Origin: Deltaproteobacteria bacterium
GTDB lineage: Bacteria; Myxococcota_A; UBA9160; SMWR01
Assembly: GCA_032128375.1 (NCBI GenBank)
Contig: JAQBGU010000209.1
Coordinates: 32,501 to 96,500 of the forward strand
Direction: 5' to 3'
DNA length: 64,000 bases
Each line of letters begins with the position of its first letter. Positions within the stretch are counted from its first letter, which is position 1. Of this stretch, positions 27,243-37,529 are shown one piece after another. A program made the position numbers and the translations under genes. The notes under the pieces are model-generated. The model saw only the letters and a list, made by a program, of their open reading frames with translations, made no database searches and had not been told where the DNA came from.

Positions 27243-29150
27243 ATGACCGTTTCGGCGTTACCGCTTTGGTTGGCGGTAGCCGCTGTCTGCACGCTCCAGC
27301 TCTGGCTCGCATTCCCCAGCGAGATCGTCGCCAGCGCAAATCCTTACGACCAGATCCGATATCTCGAGATGGCCGAATCGATTGGTGACGGCGAGTGGTT
27401 GGGCCCCTTCGACGTCATGACGCTCACACGGGATGTGGGGTATCCGTCGTGGATCGCCGCCGTGCACATCACGGGAATGCCGCTGCGGATCGCAAACGAG
27501 CTGTTGCTGATGGGAGCCGGCCTGCTGCTGTGCTTGGCATTGGTTCGTTCCGGTATTCCCGCAGGTATCGCCGGCCTCCTGTTCGCCACCCTTGCTCTCC
27601 AACCGCACGGAATGCTCGTTATGCGCGACCTGCTGCCATCGAGTTTCTATGCTGCGCTTCTGCTCGTTTCACTCGCGGGCATGCTGTTCAGCGTTACGGC
27701 GCGAACGGATGCTTGGCAACGGGTCCATCTGATCTGGACCGCGATCGCGTTGGGAATGCTGTGGACGACTCGACCCGAGCAGATGTTGATCGTGGTGTTG
27801 GTGCTGACGTTTGGCGCCTGCCGTTTCGCGCTGGCCCGCAGCAGTGTGACCTCCATTGGGGCCGCGCTCGGGCGCTCTGCGCTGGCAATGGCCGTGCTCG
27901 CGGCTGGGATCGGGTTCGTCGTTGGTTCAGTTGCGGCCCTCAATTATGCCCACTATGGCGTTTGGCGAACCTCGGACTACAAGGCGCCCGGCTTCGCGGC
28001 CGCGAGTCGGGTGCTGCTATCGATCGTTCACGAAAACCCGCGACGGTTGGTACCCGTGCCGTTCGACGTTCGCGAGCGTGCCTACGCGGTGAGCCCCGCG
28101 TTCGCGGCGCTGCGACCTGCCCTGGAAGCACCCAGCTGGGCTCGAGGCGTCAGCTGCAACATGGACGATGTCTGCGACGACCTTGCCGGCGGCTACTTCC
28201 GCTGGATTCTGCGGGAGGCCGTGGCGCAGCAAGTCGATAGCCGCTCCGCGGCAGCGCTCGACGCGGGTTTGGCTCAGATCGCGCACGAGCTGGAGCGCGC
28301 GTGTGATAGTGGCGCCCTGCAGTGTCAGCGCTCCCTATCGAGCTTCCTCCATCCCTACCCCGAGACCTACATCCCACATCTCCTCGATTCGCTTCGTCGG
28401 GTATTCAATCGCATGGCGAGTTCCGGCGGTGTGCGCGATCGTGCACCTGCCAGAGACGCCGTTAATTTGAATATAAATCTGCAAGACAAATTCGATTACG
28501 TCGCGAATCGGCGCACCGAGTTCGCTCATCTTCGTCGCGACCGCATCGTCGTGTGGGCTCATGCCACGGCGGATCCGATCGTCTCGGCCCGATTCGACAT
28601 CGCCGGGCATCGATCTGAGGTTCCTCTAGAAGTCGAGAAAGACGCGGCCGAGCGGGGATACCGGCTCCGGTTCGAGGCCGAGCAGCTCGACGAACGGCCG
28701 CTCACGCGTTATCCGGTCGTGGAACTCGAGCGCGCATCCGGTGCGACCACGCGCGCCCCGATTCCGCTGCTCGGTGCCTCCAGCACAGTCGACGGCGTGT
28801 CGCTCGAAACCGAACGATGGGATCAACCCCAGCCGGTCGGCGCCGCGCAGACCCGAGTGCGCGGCGCTCTTTGGACAGTGCATGCCGGTCTCATCCGGCT
28901 TGCGAGTCTGGCCGGCGTCGTATCGCTGATCACACTCTCGGGCGCGCGCGGTCGCACCTGGGATGCCGCTCTCGTCGCTATCGCACTGATGGGCGTCGCG
29001 GTAGCTAGCCGGCTGGCACTGTTGACGATGGTGGATGCGTCGTCGTTCCCCGCCTTCAGCACCCGCTACATCTACCCCACAGTATCACTATTCAGTGGCG
29101 TGATGATGCTTCTCACACATCGCGCCTGGCTGGTTTATCGCAATCGTTGA
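27243..29150 (+). CDS. Polytopic membrane protein, possibly GT-C-type glycosyltransferase-like
   Basis: Multiple TM segments; early D..Y..A...GYP, TRPE, C-terminal RYIYP; large soluble loop with Cys pairs. Confidence 0.6.
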   Translation: MTVSALPLWLAVAAVCTLQLWLAFPSEIVASANPYDQIRYLEMAESIGDGEWLGPFDVMTLTRDVGYPSWIAAVHITGMPLRIANELLLMGAGLLLCLALVRSGIPAGIAGLLFATLALQPHGMLVMRDLLPSSFYAALLLVSLAGMLFSVTARTDAWQRVHLIWTAIALGMLWTTRPEQMLIVVLVLTFGACRFALARSSVTSIGAALGRSALAMAVLAAGIGFVVGSVAALNYAHYGVWRTSDYKAPGFAAASRVLLSIVHENPRRLVPVPFDVRERAYAVSPAFAALRPALEAPSWARGVSCNMDDVCDDLAGGYFRWILREAVAQQVDSRSAAALDAGLAQIAHELERACDSGALQCQRSLSSFLHPYPETYIPHLLDSLRRVFNRMASSGGVRDRAPARDAVNLNINLQDKFDYVANRRTEFAHLRRDRIVVWAHATADPIVSARFDIAGHRSEVPLEVEKDAAERGYRLRFEAEQLDERPLTRYPVVELERASGATTRAPIPLLGASSTVDGVSLETERWDQPQPVGAAQTRVRGALWTVHAGLIRLASLAGVVSLITLSGARGRTWDAALVAIALMGVAVASRLALLTMVDASSFPAFSTRYIYPTVSLFSGVMMLLTHRAWLVYRNR

Positions 29151-29184
29151 TCTCAGTCGTCGCCTCGGTCCGTCACGCTGTCCG

Positions 29185-30873
29185 TTACTCGGTCCCGTCG
29201 GTTACACAACCCAAGGACGCCGAACTCACGCAGCGAATGTATTTCGCGAGCGTACCGCGGGTAGCTTTCAGCGGGGGTGCGGCCCATTGCGCTCGCCTGC
29301 GATCGAGTTCATCGTCGCTGACGTCCAAGTCGATCACCCCCTTCTTGGCGTCGATCGTGATGACGTCGCCGTCGGCAACGAGTGCGATCGGACCACCGTC
29401 TTGCGCTTCGGGAACCACGTGACCGATCAAAAAACCGTGAGAACCTCCGGAGAACCGCCCGTCGGTAATCAGCGCGACCTCGGCCCCGAGTCCAGCCCCC
29501 ATCAGCATCGATGTCGGGGTCAGCATCTCGGGCATTCCGGGTCCGCCTTTCGGTCCTTCATAGCGGATCACGATTACGTCGCCGGCCACGATCCTTTTTG
29601 CCTCTACTGCAGCGAGCATGTCCTCTTCGCAATCGAACGGCCGCGCCGGGCCCGAAAACAGATACCCCTGCTTGCCTGTGATTTTTCCGACCGATCCTTC
29701 TGGAGCCAATCGGCCGCGCAAGATCTGGATGTGGCCGTGGGGTTGGATCGGGTCTCCAAATGGACGGATCACCTGCTGGCCGTCGGCGAGCGGCGGCAGA
29801 CCCGCGAGGTTCTCGGCGAGTGTCTTGCCGGTTACCGTGAGGCAGTCGCCGTTCAGCGCGCCGTTTTCGAGCATCCGTTTCATCACCGCGGGCGTCCCGC
29901 CGACTTTGTGGAGATCTTCCATCACGTAGCGGCCGCTGGGCTTGAGATCGGCGAGGTACGGTAAGCGATCGCTGACCTGCTGGAAGTCGTCGATCGTCAG
30001 CGGAACACCGATCGCATGCGCGATCGCTAGCAGATGAAGCACGGCGTTAGTCGAACCACCCAGCACCATTACGATCGCCATCGCGTTGCGAAAGGCGTCT
30101 GGGGTCATGATATCGCTCGGTTTGATGTCTTTTTCGAGCAGCAGTGCGATTGCGGCGCCGGCCCGCCGGCATTCCTGCAGCTTCGCCGGGTCTTCGGCCG
30201 GGCTCGATGAGCTGTAGGGCAGACTCATGCCGAGTGCTTCGATTGCGCAGGACATTGTGTTCGCGGTGTACATTCCGCCGCACGCACCGGCTCCCGGACA
30301 AGCATTGCGCACGATATCGCTGCGCTTGGGCTCGTCGATACTCCCGGCGATATACTGGCCATAACTCTCGAACGCCGAGATGATGTCGAGCGTCTCGCCG
30401 CTGCTGCTCTTGCCGGCCTTGATGGTGCCACCGTAGACCATCAACGACGGTCGGTTTACACGCGCCATCGCGATCAGCGTGCCGGGCATGTTCTTATCGC
30501 ATCCGGGCAGCGAAATATTCGCGTCGTACCACTGGGCGCACATCACCGTTTCGATCGAGTCGGCGATCAGGTCGCGGGACTGCAGCGAATAGCTCATCCC
30601 TTCGGTGCCCATCGAGATGCCATCCGACACGCCGATCGTGTTGAATCGCATACCCACCAGACCCGCTTCGACGACACCCTCCTTGACCACTGTCGCGAGA
30701 GCGTTCAGGTGCATATTGCAGGAGTTGCCGTCGTACCAGACGCTGGAAATTCCGACCTGCGGCTTGTTCATGTCCGCCTCGGTCATGCCGGTGGCGTAGA
30801 GCATCGCCTGCGATGCTCCCTGGATCTTCGGTTGTGTAATTCGGCGGCTGACCTTGTTGCGATACTCTTCCAT
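29185..30873 (-). CDS. ilvD: Dihydroxy-acid dehydratase
   Basis: [59 protein letters not shown]. Confidence 0.96.
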   Translation of the reverse strand: MEEYRNKVSRRITQPKIQGASQAMLYATGMTEADMNKPQVGISSVWYDGNSCNMHLNALATVVKEGVVEAGLVGMRFNTIGVSDGISMGTEGMSYSLQSRDLIADSIETVMCAQWYDANISLPGCDKNMPGTLIAMARVNRPSLMVYGGTIKAGKSSSGETLDIISAFESYGQYIAGSIDEPKRSDIVRNACPGAGACGGMYTANTMSCAIEALGMSLPYSSSSPAEDPAKLQECRRAGAAIALLLEKDIKPSDIMTPDAFRNAMAIVMVLGGSTNAVLHLLAIAHAIGVPLTIDDFQQVSDRLPYLADLKPSGRYVMEDLHKVGGTPAVMKRMLENGALNGDCLTVTGKTLAENLAGLPPLADGQQVIRPFGDPIQPHGHIQILRGRLAPEGSVGKITGKQGYLFSGPARPFDCEEDMLAAVEAKRIVAGDVIVIRYEGPKGGPGMPEMLTPTSMLMGAGLGAEVALITDGRFSGGSHGFLIGHVVPEAQDGGPIALVADGDVITIDAKKGVIDLDVSDDELDRRRAQWAAPPLKATRGTLAKYIRCVSSASLGCVTDGTE

Positions 30874-31033
30874 GAGGACTCCGGCTCGTGGCGGGTTTGC
30901 GGCGGTCTGCCGGCAAACACCGTCCACCTGGCCGACAGAATAGCGCCCCCTCAGTCAAGGATCCGCCGGAGTCGCGATCGACGCGTGAATCGCAACATAC
31001 GACCCAATCGAGCCGACAACGGAGGGCCGAGCA

Positions 31034-31888
31034 GTGGAGTCGCACGAACCGCGCATCAAGTTGGGAGTCGCACTTCGCAGCATGGGTCCACAGTCGACCG
31101 CCGCGGCGGTTCTCGAATGCACGCTCGCGGCCGAGTCGGCCGGCTTCGACGACGTCTGGGTACAGGATCACATCGCGATCGCTCCCGACGACGCGGAGGG
31201 TTCGGGCGGACGCTATCTGGATCCGCTGGCCACGCTGGCGTTCCTCGCGGGCGCCACCCGGCGAATTGGGCTGGGTACAGGCGTGCTGATCCTTCCCTAC
31301 CGGGAGCAGTTGGCGACCGCGAAGTGGGTCGCGACGATTCAGGAGTTATCGGCCGGGCGACTGCTGCTCGGGGTCGGAATCGGCTGGTTGCGTTCCGAGT
31401 TCAACGCGCTCGGCCTCGACAGATCCCAGCGCGGTACCGCCAGCGACGAGACGCTCGAATTCCTGAACCGCTGCTTCGCAGACGACGAAGCCGAAGCACA
31501 CGGCCAGAAGTTCCTGTTCCTGCCTCGGCCACCGCGGCCGCCCATCTATGTTGGCGGCGCGGCGCCGCACGCGCTCGAACGCGCCGTTCGCTACGCGGAC
31601 GGATGGTTGCCGATGGGTGGCGATCCGAAGTTGCTCGCGGAACCGATCGAGCGTCTGTGCGAGCTGGCCGCAGCGGCCAACAAGCCAGCACCAGCGGTGG
31701 TACTGATGACGGGCTTCCCGGTCGACGACGCTGAGAGAGCCGCCGCACAGGTTCACGCACTCGCCGACATCGGCGTCACGCACTTCATCCACGCCAGTCG
31801 ATACGAAGATGCGGCCGCGTTCCGACGCAGCATCGAGTTACTGGCCAGGCACGTGTTGCCGGTCACTCTGGGTCTGAGCTCGACCTGA
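31034..31888 (+). CDS. LLM-class (F420-type) oxidoreductase
   Basis: GFDDVWVQDH, DPLATLAFLAG, LGTGVLILPYR, GVGIGW..EF. Confidence 0.9.
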   Translation: MESHEPRIKLGVALRSMGPQSTAAAVLECTLAAESAGFDDVWVQDHIAIAPDDAEGSGGRYLDPLATLAFLAGATRRIGLGTGVLILPYREQLATAKWVATIQELSAGRLLLGVGIGWLRSEFNALGLDRSQRGTASDETLEFLNRCFADDEAEAHGQKFLFLPRPPRPPIYVGGAAPHALERAVRYADGWLPMGGDPKLLAEPIERLCELAAAANKPAPAVVLMTGFPVDDAERAAAQVHALADIGVTHFIHASRYEDAAAFRRSIELLARHVLPVTLGLSST

Positions 31889-31894
31889 AGAGAG

Positions 31895-32233
31895 CCGCGA
31901 TACGGGGCCCTGGATCGCCAACGTCAACCCGAATGCAGCGGCGCCAATTGCGGCGACCAGCGGCGTGAGCTCGATTCCGAAGTTGCCCAGTGCAACGACG
32001 ACGAACATGCCGAGCACGACCAGGCGCGCGTTCCCCAGGAACAAGCGGAGCGTGATGTCGATGCCCCGACGTTCGGCCATCGCGACCGCCATGCGAGCAA
32101 CCGAACGCGACACGACCATCCCAGCCAACAAGATGATCGCACCGACGATCTGGAAACTGTAGTTCACGGTCGCGATCCGGGAAATCTACTCGACACCCTT
32201 TTCGACACCATGAAGGTCCAGCACTTCGTCCAT
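31895..32233 (-). pseudogene. Truncated MscS mechanosensitive channel remnant
   Basis: MDEVLDLHGVEKGVE*ISRIATVNYSFQIVGAII...LGNFGIELTPLVAAIGAAAFGLTLAIQGPVS: MscS TM1-3 with an in-frame TAG; the cytoplasmic domains are absent. Confidence 0.75.
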
Positions 32234-32557
32234 TGCCTTGCGGTTCCTCGTAGATGGGTGGAGGGTGGATGGGTCGGGAAGTAGATGGGTGGGGTTTGAT
32301 GAGTCGCGCGAACACGATTCGCGTCGGGGGTGCATTCCACACGCGATCGCTCCTGCGGGAGTCAAAACTCGGGGCTCGGCGTTCGGCGCCTACAGCCAGA
32401 AGGTGCGGCCGGACAATCGCGCGTACCGAGGCGAGTGGCGGCGCCGAACCACTCGCGCCATGCTCCGTTTCGGAATCCAGCATCCGGCTGGATCCAGAAC
32501 CGTCCGATTCGATCCAGCGAAACCCAATGAGCGCGATCGAATTTCGAGGAGCCCCCC

Positions 32558-33421
32558 ATGAAGTTCGGAATGTTCTTTGCCAACTCGGGACCGTTTTCCA
32601 ACCCGGAAACCTTCGAAGTCCTGGTCCGAACGGCGGACGAGGTCGGCGTCGAGTCGATCTGGACCGTCGAGCACGTCGTGGTGCCCGTCGGATACGAGTC
32701 GCAATACCCCTACAGCCGAGATGGCCGCATGCCCGGGCCGGAAGATTCGTCGATTCCAGACCCCATACTCCCGCTCGCGTATGCGGCGGCGATCACGAAG
32801 AACATCCGGCTCGCGACCGGAATCGTGATCCTCCCCCAACGCCACCCGGCCTACGTCGCGAAGGAATTCGCGAGCCTCGACCTGCTCTCGAACGGTCGCG
32901 CGATCGCCGGCATCGGAATCGGTTGGCTCGAAGAGGAGTTCAACGTAATCGGCGTCCCGTTCAAGGAGCGCGCGGCGCGCACAGAAGAGTCGGTTCGCGC
33001 TATTCGTTCGCTCTGGAGCGAGAAGGCGGAAGCGTTCGAGGGCAAGTTCTACAACTGGCCACCCGTCGAATCGAATCCAAAGCCTGTGCAACCCGGCGGC
33101 GTCCCGATCGTCGTCGGCGGCCATGTCGAGGGAGCAGCCCGCCGCGCCGCGCGAATCGGGGACGGTTTCTTTCCCGCCAAGGGCGGCCTCGAAACGCTGC
33201 CAAAGTTGTTCGACGCAGTGGCGGACGAGTGCGCGAAGGTCGGCCGCAAACCGTCGGAGATCGAACTCTCGGCCGCCGGCGGAAAACTCGACCTCGACAC
33301 CATCAAACGTTACGAAGACATCGGCGTGTCGCGCCTGGTGATCCCGCCGCCTGGCTTCGACCCGGAAGGCTTGAGGCGCGGGCTGAACGAACTCGCGGAG
33401 AATGTGCTGTCGAAGCAGTAG
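32558..33421 (+). CDS. LLM-class (F420-type) oxidoreductase
   Basis: ESIWTVEHVVVP, YPYSRDG, IPDP, LATGIVILPQRHP, GIGIGWLEEEF; GAGGAG RBS. Confidence 0.92.
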   Translation: MKFGMFFANSGPFSNPETFEVLVRTADEVGVESIWTVEHVVVPVGYESQYPYSRDGRMPGPEDSSIPDPILPLAYAAAITKNIRLATGIVILPQRHPAYVAKEFASLDLLSNGRAIAGIGIGWLEEEFNVIGVPFKERAARTEESVRAIRSLWSEKAEAFEGKFYNWPPVESNPKPVQPGGVPIVVGGHVEGAARRAARIGDGFFPAKGGLETLPKLFDAVADECAKVGRKPSEIELSAAGGKLDLDTIKRYEDIGVSRLVIPPPGFDPEGLRRGLNELAENVLSKQ

Positions 33422-33645
33422 TCGCGGGGGGTGTGGCGCGTGGTGTCTCGGTAGCAGTTGGTTTCACTCGACCTTTCCAACAATACCTACTCGTCTGACT
33501 TGGTTTGGGCTGGGCGTTCCGACGCAACGCCGTCGGCACGGATAGAAGGTTGTTCGGCGTGGTCCGGACCACCCCAGAATCCGCCAGGAACGCCAGCGCG
33601 ATCTACCCTGAGGAGTGAGCGCCATCGCTATGTAGAATCGAAATG

Positions 33646-33828
33646 TCAGCCAAGGGGCTGACGGCAAGGCCTACATAGAGGCGGCTTGCGAACAGGTAAA
33701 AAAAAAGATCGCAGCTCGTGACGAATCCCGGCACAGAGCAGGTCGATTGTGGCACTCGCGTTGGCGGAAGATGACGAGCCAACCCAGATGATCAGGCCAA
33801 ACAGCACGCCTACGACCAAGGATGGCAT
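33646..33828 (-). pseudogene. Possible N-terminal remnant of a secreted protein
   Basis: Strong RBS (AGGAGG); signal peptide MPSLVVGVLFGLIIWVGSSSSANA-SATIDL, then low-plausibility sequence running across a T9 tract. Confidence 0.35.
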
Positions 33829-33922
33829 CCTTCGCTCCTCCTGAATCAAATCGAACTACTTGGGGAGTGGCAAGTCAGCTGACGAAGTGTCGAAAATTGA
33901 GGACGGGGAACAGCGGTACCGC

Positions 33923-35794
33923 CTAACATACCGCCGAATCACCCGGCTGCTCCCGCCATCCGCGGGCTTCCAAGATCGACCGAGCGAGCTCCCGTTCACC
34001 GATGTGTATCGCGACCGCGGCAACGTCGCCTTGTTTGAGCTTCAACCCCGCGTGCATCGGCATCACCCTTTCTCCGCAACGAATCGTCAGCACGACCAGA
34101 CGTTCTTTGATCGAGGCCAGCTCTGAAGTCCCACCCTGGTCAAAAGTCGACTGCTCCGGTCCCCTGAATTCCCAGTAGGTCACCTCGAGTTCGTTGTGCC
34201 GAGCGCGCACCTCCCAACGCTCGACATCGTGCGGGCCGTCGAACAGAACCACCACATCTTCGCGCGCGACGAGTTCAGGTGCGAGGCCAACGTCCGGGTT
34301 CGATGCTGCAACGTACCCGCGAGGAACCCCGTAGTACTGGCGCGCGCGGCTGGCGAACACGCTGTTGAGCATCTGGTTCGATGTCAGGCCGATCGCGGAA
34401 CCCACCAGGTCGAAACGACCGCGCTGCAGCGTCCGCTCCGCGAGTGCATCGCCGAAGATCACCCGGAAGCCCGCCTCTTCGGCCCGGCGGCAGTGACCCG
34501 GATTGTAATCGATGAACACCACCGGGACGCCGCCGGTGCGCAGTTGAATGCCGAGTTCCAGCCCGAGTCCCTGCGCGCCGAGGATCGCCACGGTGTCTCT
34601 TCCCGGCAGGCGTACCTCGAGCAGTGTTGCCATTGGCCCGGCTGTCAGCCCCGCCAGCACCACGGTTCCGGCAATGCACAAGAAAACCATCGCGCGGAGT
34701 TCGGGTCCGCCCGCGATCCCCTGTTGCTCGAGTGCTGTCGCGGTCAGCGAAGCGACCGCCGCGGCGACGATGCCGCGGGGCGCGACCCAGGCGGCGAACA
34801 GGCGCTCTCGGGTCGTGAGCTCCGATCCGAGGGTGGATAGAAGGACATTGATCGGGCGCACGACGAACACCAGCGCTGCCAGCACCGCGATGCCACCCCA
34901 GCCGAGTGCCAGCACATGTTCGATCCGCACATCTGCAGCCAATAGCACGAATAGCAAGCCGATCAGCAGAATCGTTATTTGGTCTTTGAATTCGCGAAGG
35001 TCGCGGTCGACCCGGGTGCGCAGGTTGCCGACCACCACGCCAGCGACCGTAACCGCGAGGATTCCGCTGTGGTGGATAATGACGTCACAGCCTTGAAAAA
35101 TCAGCAGCACCGCGGCCAGCGTGAACACATTCTCCAGGCCCTCCGGGACGAAGCCCCGAATCCGTAGAATTCGGGCAAGTCCGAGTCCGGCGACGCCACC
35201 GACGACGGCCCCAAAACCCAGGCTCGTCACCAGCAACATCGGCGCGGTCAAAATTGAATCGCTGCCCTGCAGTGCGATGCCGAGTAGCAACACCGACAGA
35301 ATCGCGCCGATCGGGTCGATGAGCACGCCCTCGGCTTCCAACACGGTCACCAACCGGGGTCGCAAGCGGAGATGCCGAACCAGCGGGCCTACGACTGTCG
35401 GCCCCGTGACGACGACCAACCCGCCGAAGAGCAGTGACTGCATCCACGCCCAACCGAGAGCGAGGTGGGCTGAAACCGCCGCGCCGATCAATGTGACAAC
35501 GGCTCCCCAGGTCACCAGCCGCCTGATCGGTGTCTGCTCGCGTCGGAGCCGCGAAATTTCGAGGTTGAGCCCTCCCTCGAACAGGATCACGGCGACGGCG
35601 AGGTCGACCACTGCGGTCAAACCCTCGCCGAGCGAGCGCGGCGTGATCCACGCCAGGCCATCGGGCCCGAGTCCGGCGCCAGCCACCAACAACAATACGA
35701 TCCCTGGCACGCGCAGGTGTCGCGAGGCGGACTGCATCAAGATGCCGACCGCGAGGGCAACGACGAGAGTCAACGCGGGAGGGGCGCCATCCAC
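33923..35794 (-). CDS. CPA1 (NhaP-type) cation:proton antiporter with C-terminal TrkA-N-like domain
   Basis: AVAVILFEGGL, VTGPTVV, EGVLIDPIGA, FVVRP, APRGIVAAA; C-terminal ILGA..G..IDYN..GDAL. Confidence 0.9.
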   Translation of the reverse strand: MDGAPPALTLVVALAVGILMQSASRHLRVPGIVLLLVAGAGLGPDGLAWITPRSLGEGLTAVVDLAVAVILFEGGLNLEISRLRREQTPIRRLVTWGAVVTLIGAAVSAHLALGWAWMQSLLFGGLVVVTGPTVVGPLVRHLRLRPRLVTVLEAEGVLIDPIGAILSVLLLGIALQGSDSILTAPMLLVTSLGFGAVVGGVAGLGLARILRIRGFVPEGLENVFTLAAVLLIFQGCDVIIHHSGILAVTVAGVVVGNLRTRVDRDLREFKDQITILLIGLLFVLLAADVRIEHVLALGWGGIAVLAALVFVVRPINVLLSTLGSELTTRERLFAAWVAPRGIVAAAVASLTATALEQQGIAGGPELRAMVFLCIAGTVVLAGLTAGPMATLLEVRLPGRDTVAILGAQGLGLELGIQLRTGGVPVVFIDYNPGHCRRAEEAGFRVIFGDALAERTLQRGRFDLVGSAIGLTSNQMLNSVFASRARQYYGVPRGYVAASNPDVGLAPELVAREDVVVLFDGPHDVERWEVRARHNELEVTYWEFRGPEQSTFDQGGTSELASIKERLVVLTIRCGERVMPMHAGLKLKQGDVAAVAIHIGERELARSILEARGWREQPGDSAVC

Positions 35795-35964
35795 GGCGCC
35801 TAGCCTACCGCGCAGCTGTTAGAATGACAGCACCCAAGCGCCAAATCGACGCGCCGGACAGCGATGGAACCGATATAGGGTGCTGGCGAAGCCAAGTCGA
35901 TCTCGTAGCTTCGGCGACAGCCAGTCGAAGCGAGCACACCCATTCGAACGAAAGGCAGGACTGT

Positions 35965-36750
35965 ATGGCACTCGAAGGATTCGCGGATTTCTCTTTCACT
36001 CACGATGGTGTAACCAGAGCGGTCTACAAGAGTGGCACCGGCCCCGGGGTCGTCATCATGCACGAAATTCCGGGAATCACTCCCGAGGTCGCCGCGTTTG
36101 CGAGACGCGTTGTCGACGACGGCTTCACCGCCTACCTGCCTCACATGTTCGGTGAACCCGGCAAGCCCTTCTCGCTCCCCTACGTTGCAGGACAGATGGC
36201 GCGGGCGTGTATCAGCCGAGAGTTCTCGGTACTCGCGAAGGGCGAGTCGAGCCATATCACCCATTGGCTGAGAGCTCTTTGTCGCCTGGCGCACGATGAA
36301 TGCGGTGGCCCCGGGGTCGGTGCCATCGGCATGTGCTTGACCGGGAACTTCGCACTGGCGCTGATGGTCGATGAAGCCGTGATGGCGCCCGTGCTGAGCC
36401 AACCCTCACTGCCGTTCGGTGTATCGGCGGCCCATCGCGCCGCACTTCACCTGTCCGACGCTGACCTCGAGATCGTCAAGAAGCGCGCCGCAGCAGGATG
36501 CGGAGTCCTCGGTCTGCGCTTTACCGCGGACCCAATGTGCCCAGGCGAGCGTTTCGAAACGTTGAGGCGCGAACTCGGCGACGGCTTCGTTGGGATCGAA
36601 GTCGATTCCGGCCCCGGCAACGCGCACGGGATCGCACGAAGTGCGCACTCCGTCGTAACCGCCGACCTCGTCGACGAGCAAGGGCATCCCACCCGAGAGG
36701 CACTCGACCAGGTTCTCGGGCTGTTCCGCGAGCGATTGCGGCCCGCGTAG
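35965..36750 (+). CDS. Dienelactone hydrolase-family protein
   Basis: MHEIPGI, GAIGMCLTG nucleophile, D..CP, AHSV. Confidence 0.88.
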   Translation: MALEGFADFSFTHDGVTRAVYKSGTGPGVVIMHEIPGITPEVAAFARRVVDDGFTAYLPHMFGEPGKPFSLPYVAGQMARACISREFSVLAKGESSHITHWLRALCRLAHDECGGPGVGAIGMCLTGNFALALMVDEAVMAPVLSQPSLPFGVSAAHRAALHLSDADLEIVKKRAAAGCGVLGLRFTADPMCPGERFETLRRELGDGFVGIEVDSGPGNAHGIARSAHSVVTADLVDEQGHPTREALDQVLGLFRERLRPA

Positions 36751-36773
36751 CCGGCCCGAGTTCCGGCGCGGCG

Positions 36774-37412
36774 CTATTCGTCGCCCGGTCGACTGATGCG
36801 CAATTCGGCTCCCGCTCCTTCGGGGGCCGGAACTTCCTGGATTCGTTCGGGTACATCATCGAATTCGAGCTTCAACGCGCGACAAATCGTTGCGTGTAAC
36901 GCGTACGTACAGATCACGTAGCTGAATTCCAGGATCTCCTCGTCGGACAGCGTCTCGCGCAGGCACTCGAAAGTGCCGTCGGGAACGCGACCGTGCGACA
37001 GCACCAGGCAGTCGGTGTACGCGAGTACCGCCCTTTCTTGTCGTGAGAAGCACTCCGCGGTGTTCCATGACGGAATCGCCTCGATCTGCTCCTCGCTCAG
37101 CCCGACAGATCTCGCGGCCTTGCAATGCTGCGAGAACACGAACTGGCTGCCGACCGCGAAGCCTGCCCGCATCTGACCCAGTTCGCGCAACTTCGGGTCG
37201 ATCTTTCGGTTCTTGCTTCGGTACAAACCAAAGCCTGCGACGGCGTGGTTGAAGACGTCCGGAACCACAGCGAACACTGTCCACCAATCTCCCGGAGTCC
37301 CGGTTGCGGTGCCCGGCTCGGCGACCGGATCCCGATCGCCGAACAACAGGTCATACATCTGGGTAATGTCCGGTGTGGCGTCTGCGCGGGGAACTTGTTT
37401 CAGTCGCGGCAT
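36774..37412 (-). CDS. Carboxymuconolactone decarboxylase/AhpD-like protein
   Basis: DPKLRELGQMRAG...FVFSQHC, FSRQERAVLAYTD, LSDEEILE. Confidence 0.85.
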   Translation of the reverse strand: MPRLKQVPRADATPDITQMYDLLFGDRDPVAEPGTATGTPGDWWTVFAVVPDVFNHAVAGFGLYRSKNRKIDPKLRELGQMRAGFAVGSQFVFSQHCKAARSVGLSEEQIEAIPSWNTAECFSRQERAVLAYTDCLVLSHGRVPDGTFECLRETLSDEEILEFSYVICTYALHATICRALKLEFDDVPERIQEVPAPEGAGAELRISRPGDE

Positions 37413-37529
37413 TCGGGTGACTCCTAAGATGGGGTGTCGGTTGGTGTGCGCTTGCGCGCACTGCGTGTTAGTCGTTGGCTGCTGGTGTCAGATTGGTGAG
37501 CTGCTGTGAGGCTGTCGATCGCGCGCCTT

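Noticed and set aside
32186..32188. In-frame TAG in the MscS-like gene as pyrrolysine or readthrough
   Set aside because: The gene is also truncated after TM3, so decay is the simpler explanation.
33620..33690. c-di-GMP-I riboswitch or SRP RNA
   Set aside because: GCCAAGGGGCT is reminiscent, but the GGCAAA/GACGCAAAGC and CAGG..GGAA..AGCAG core motifs are absent, and no gene lies downstream in the right orientation.
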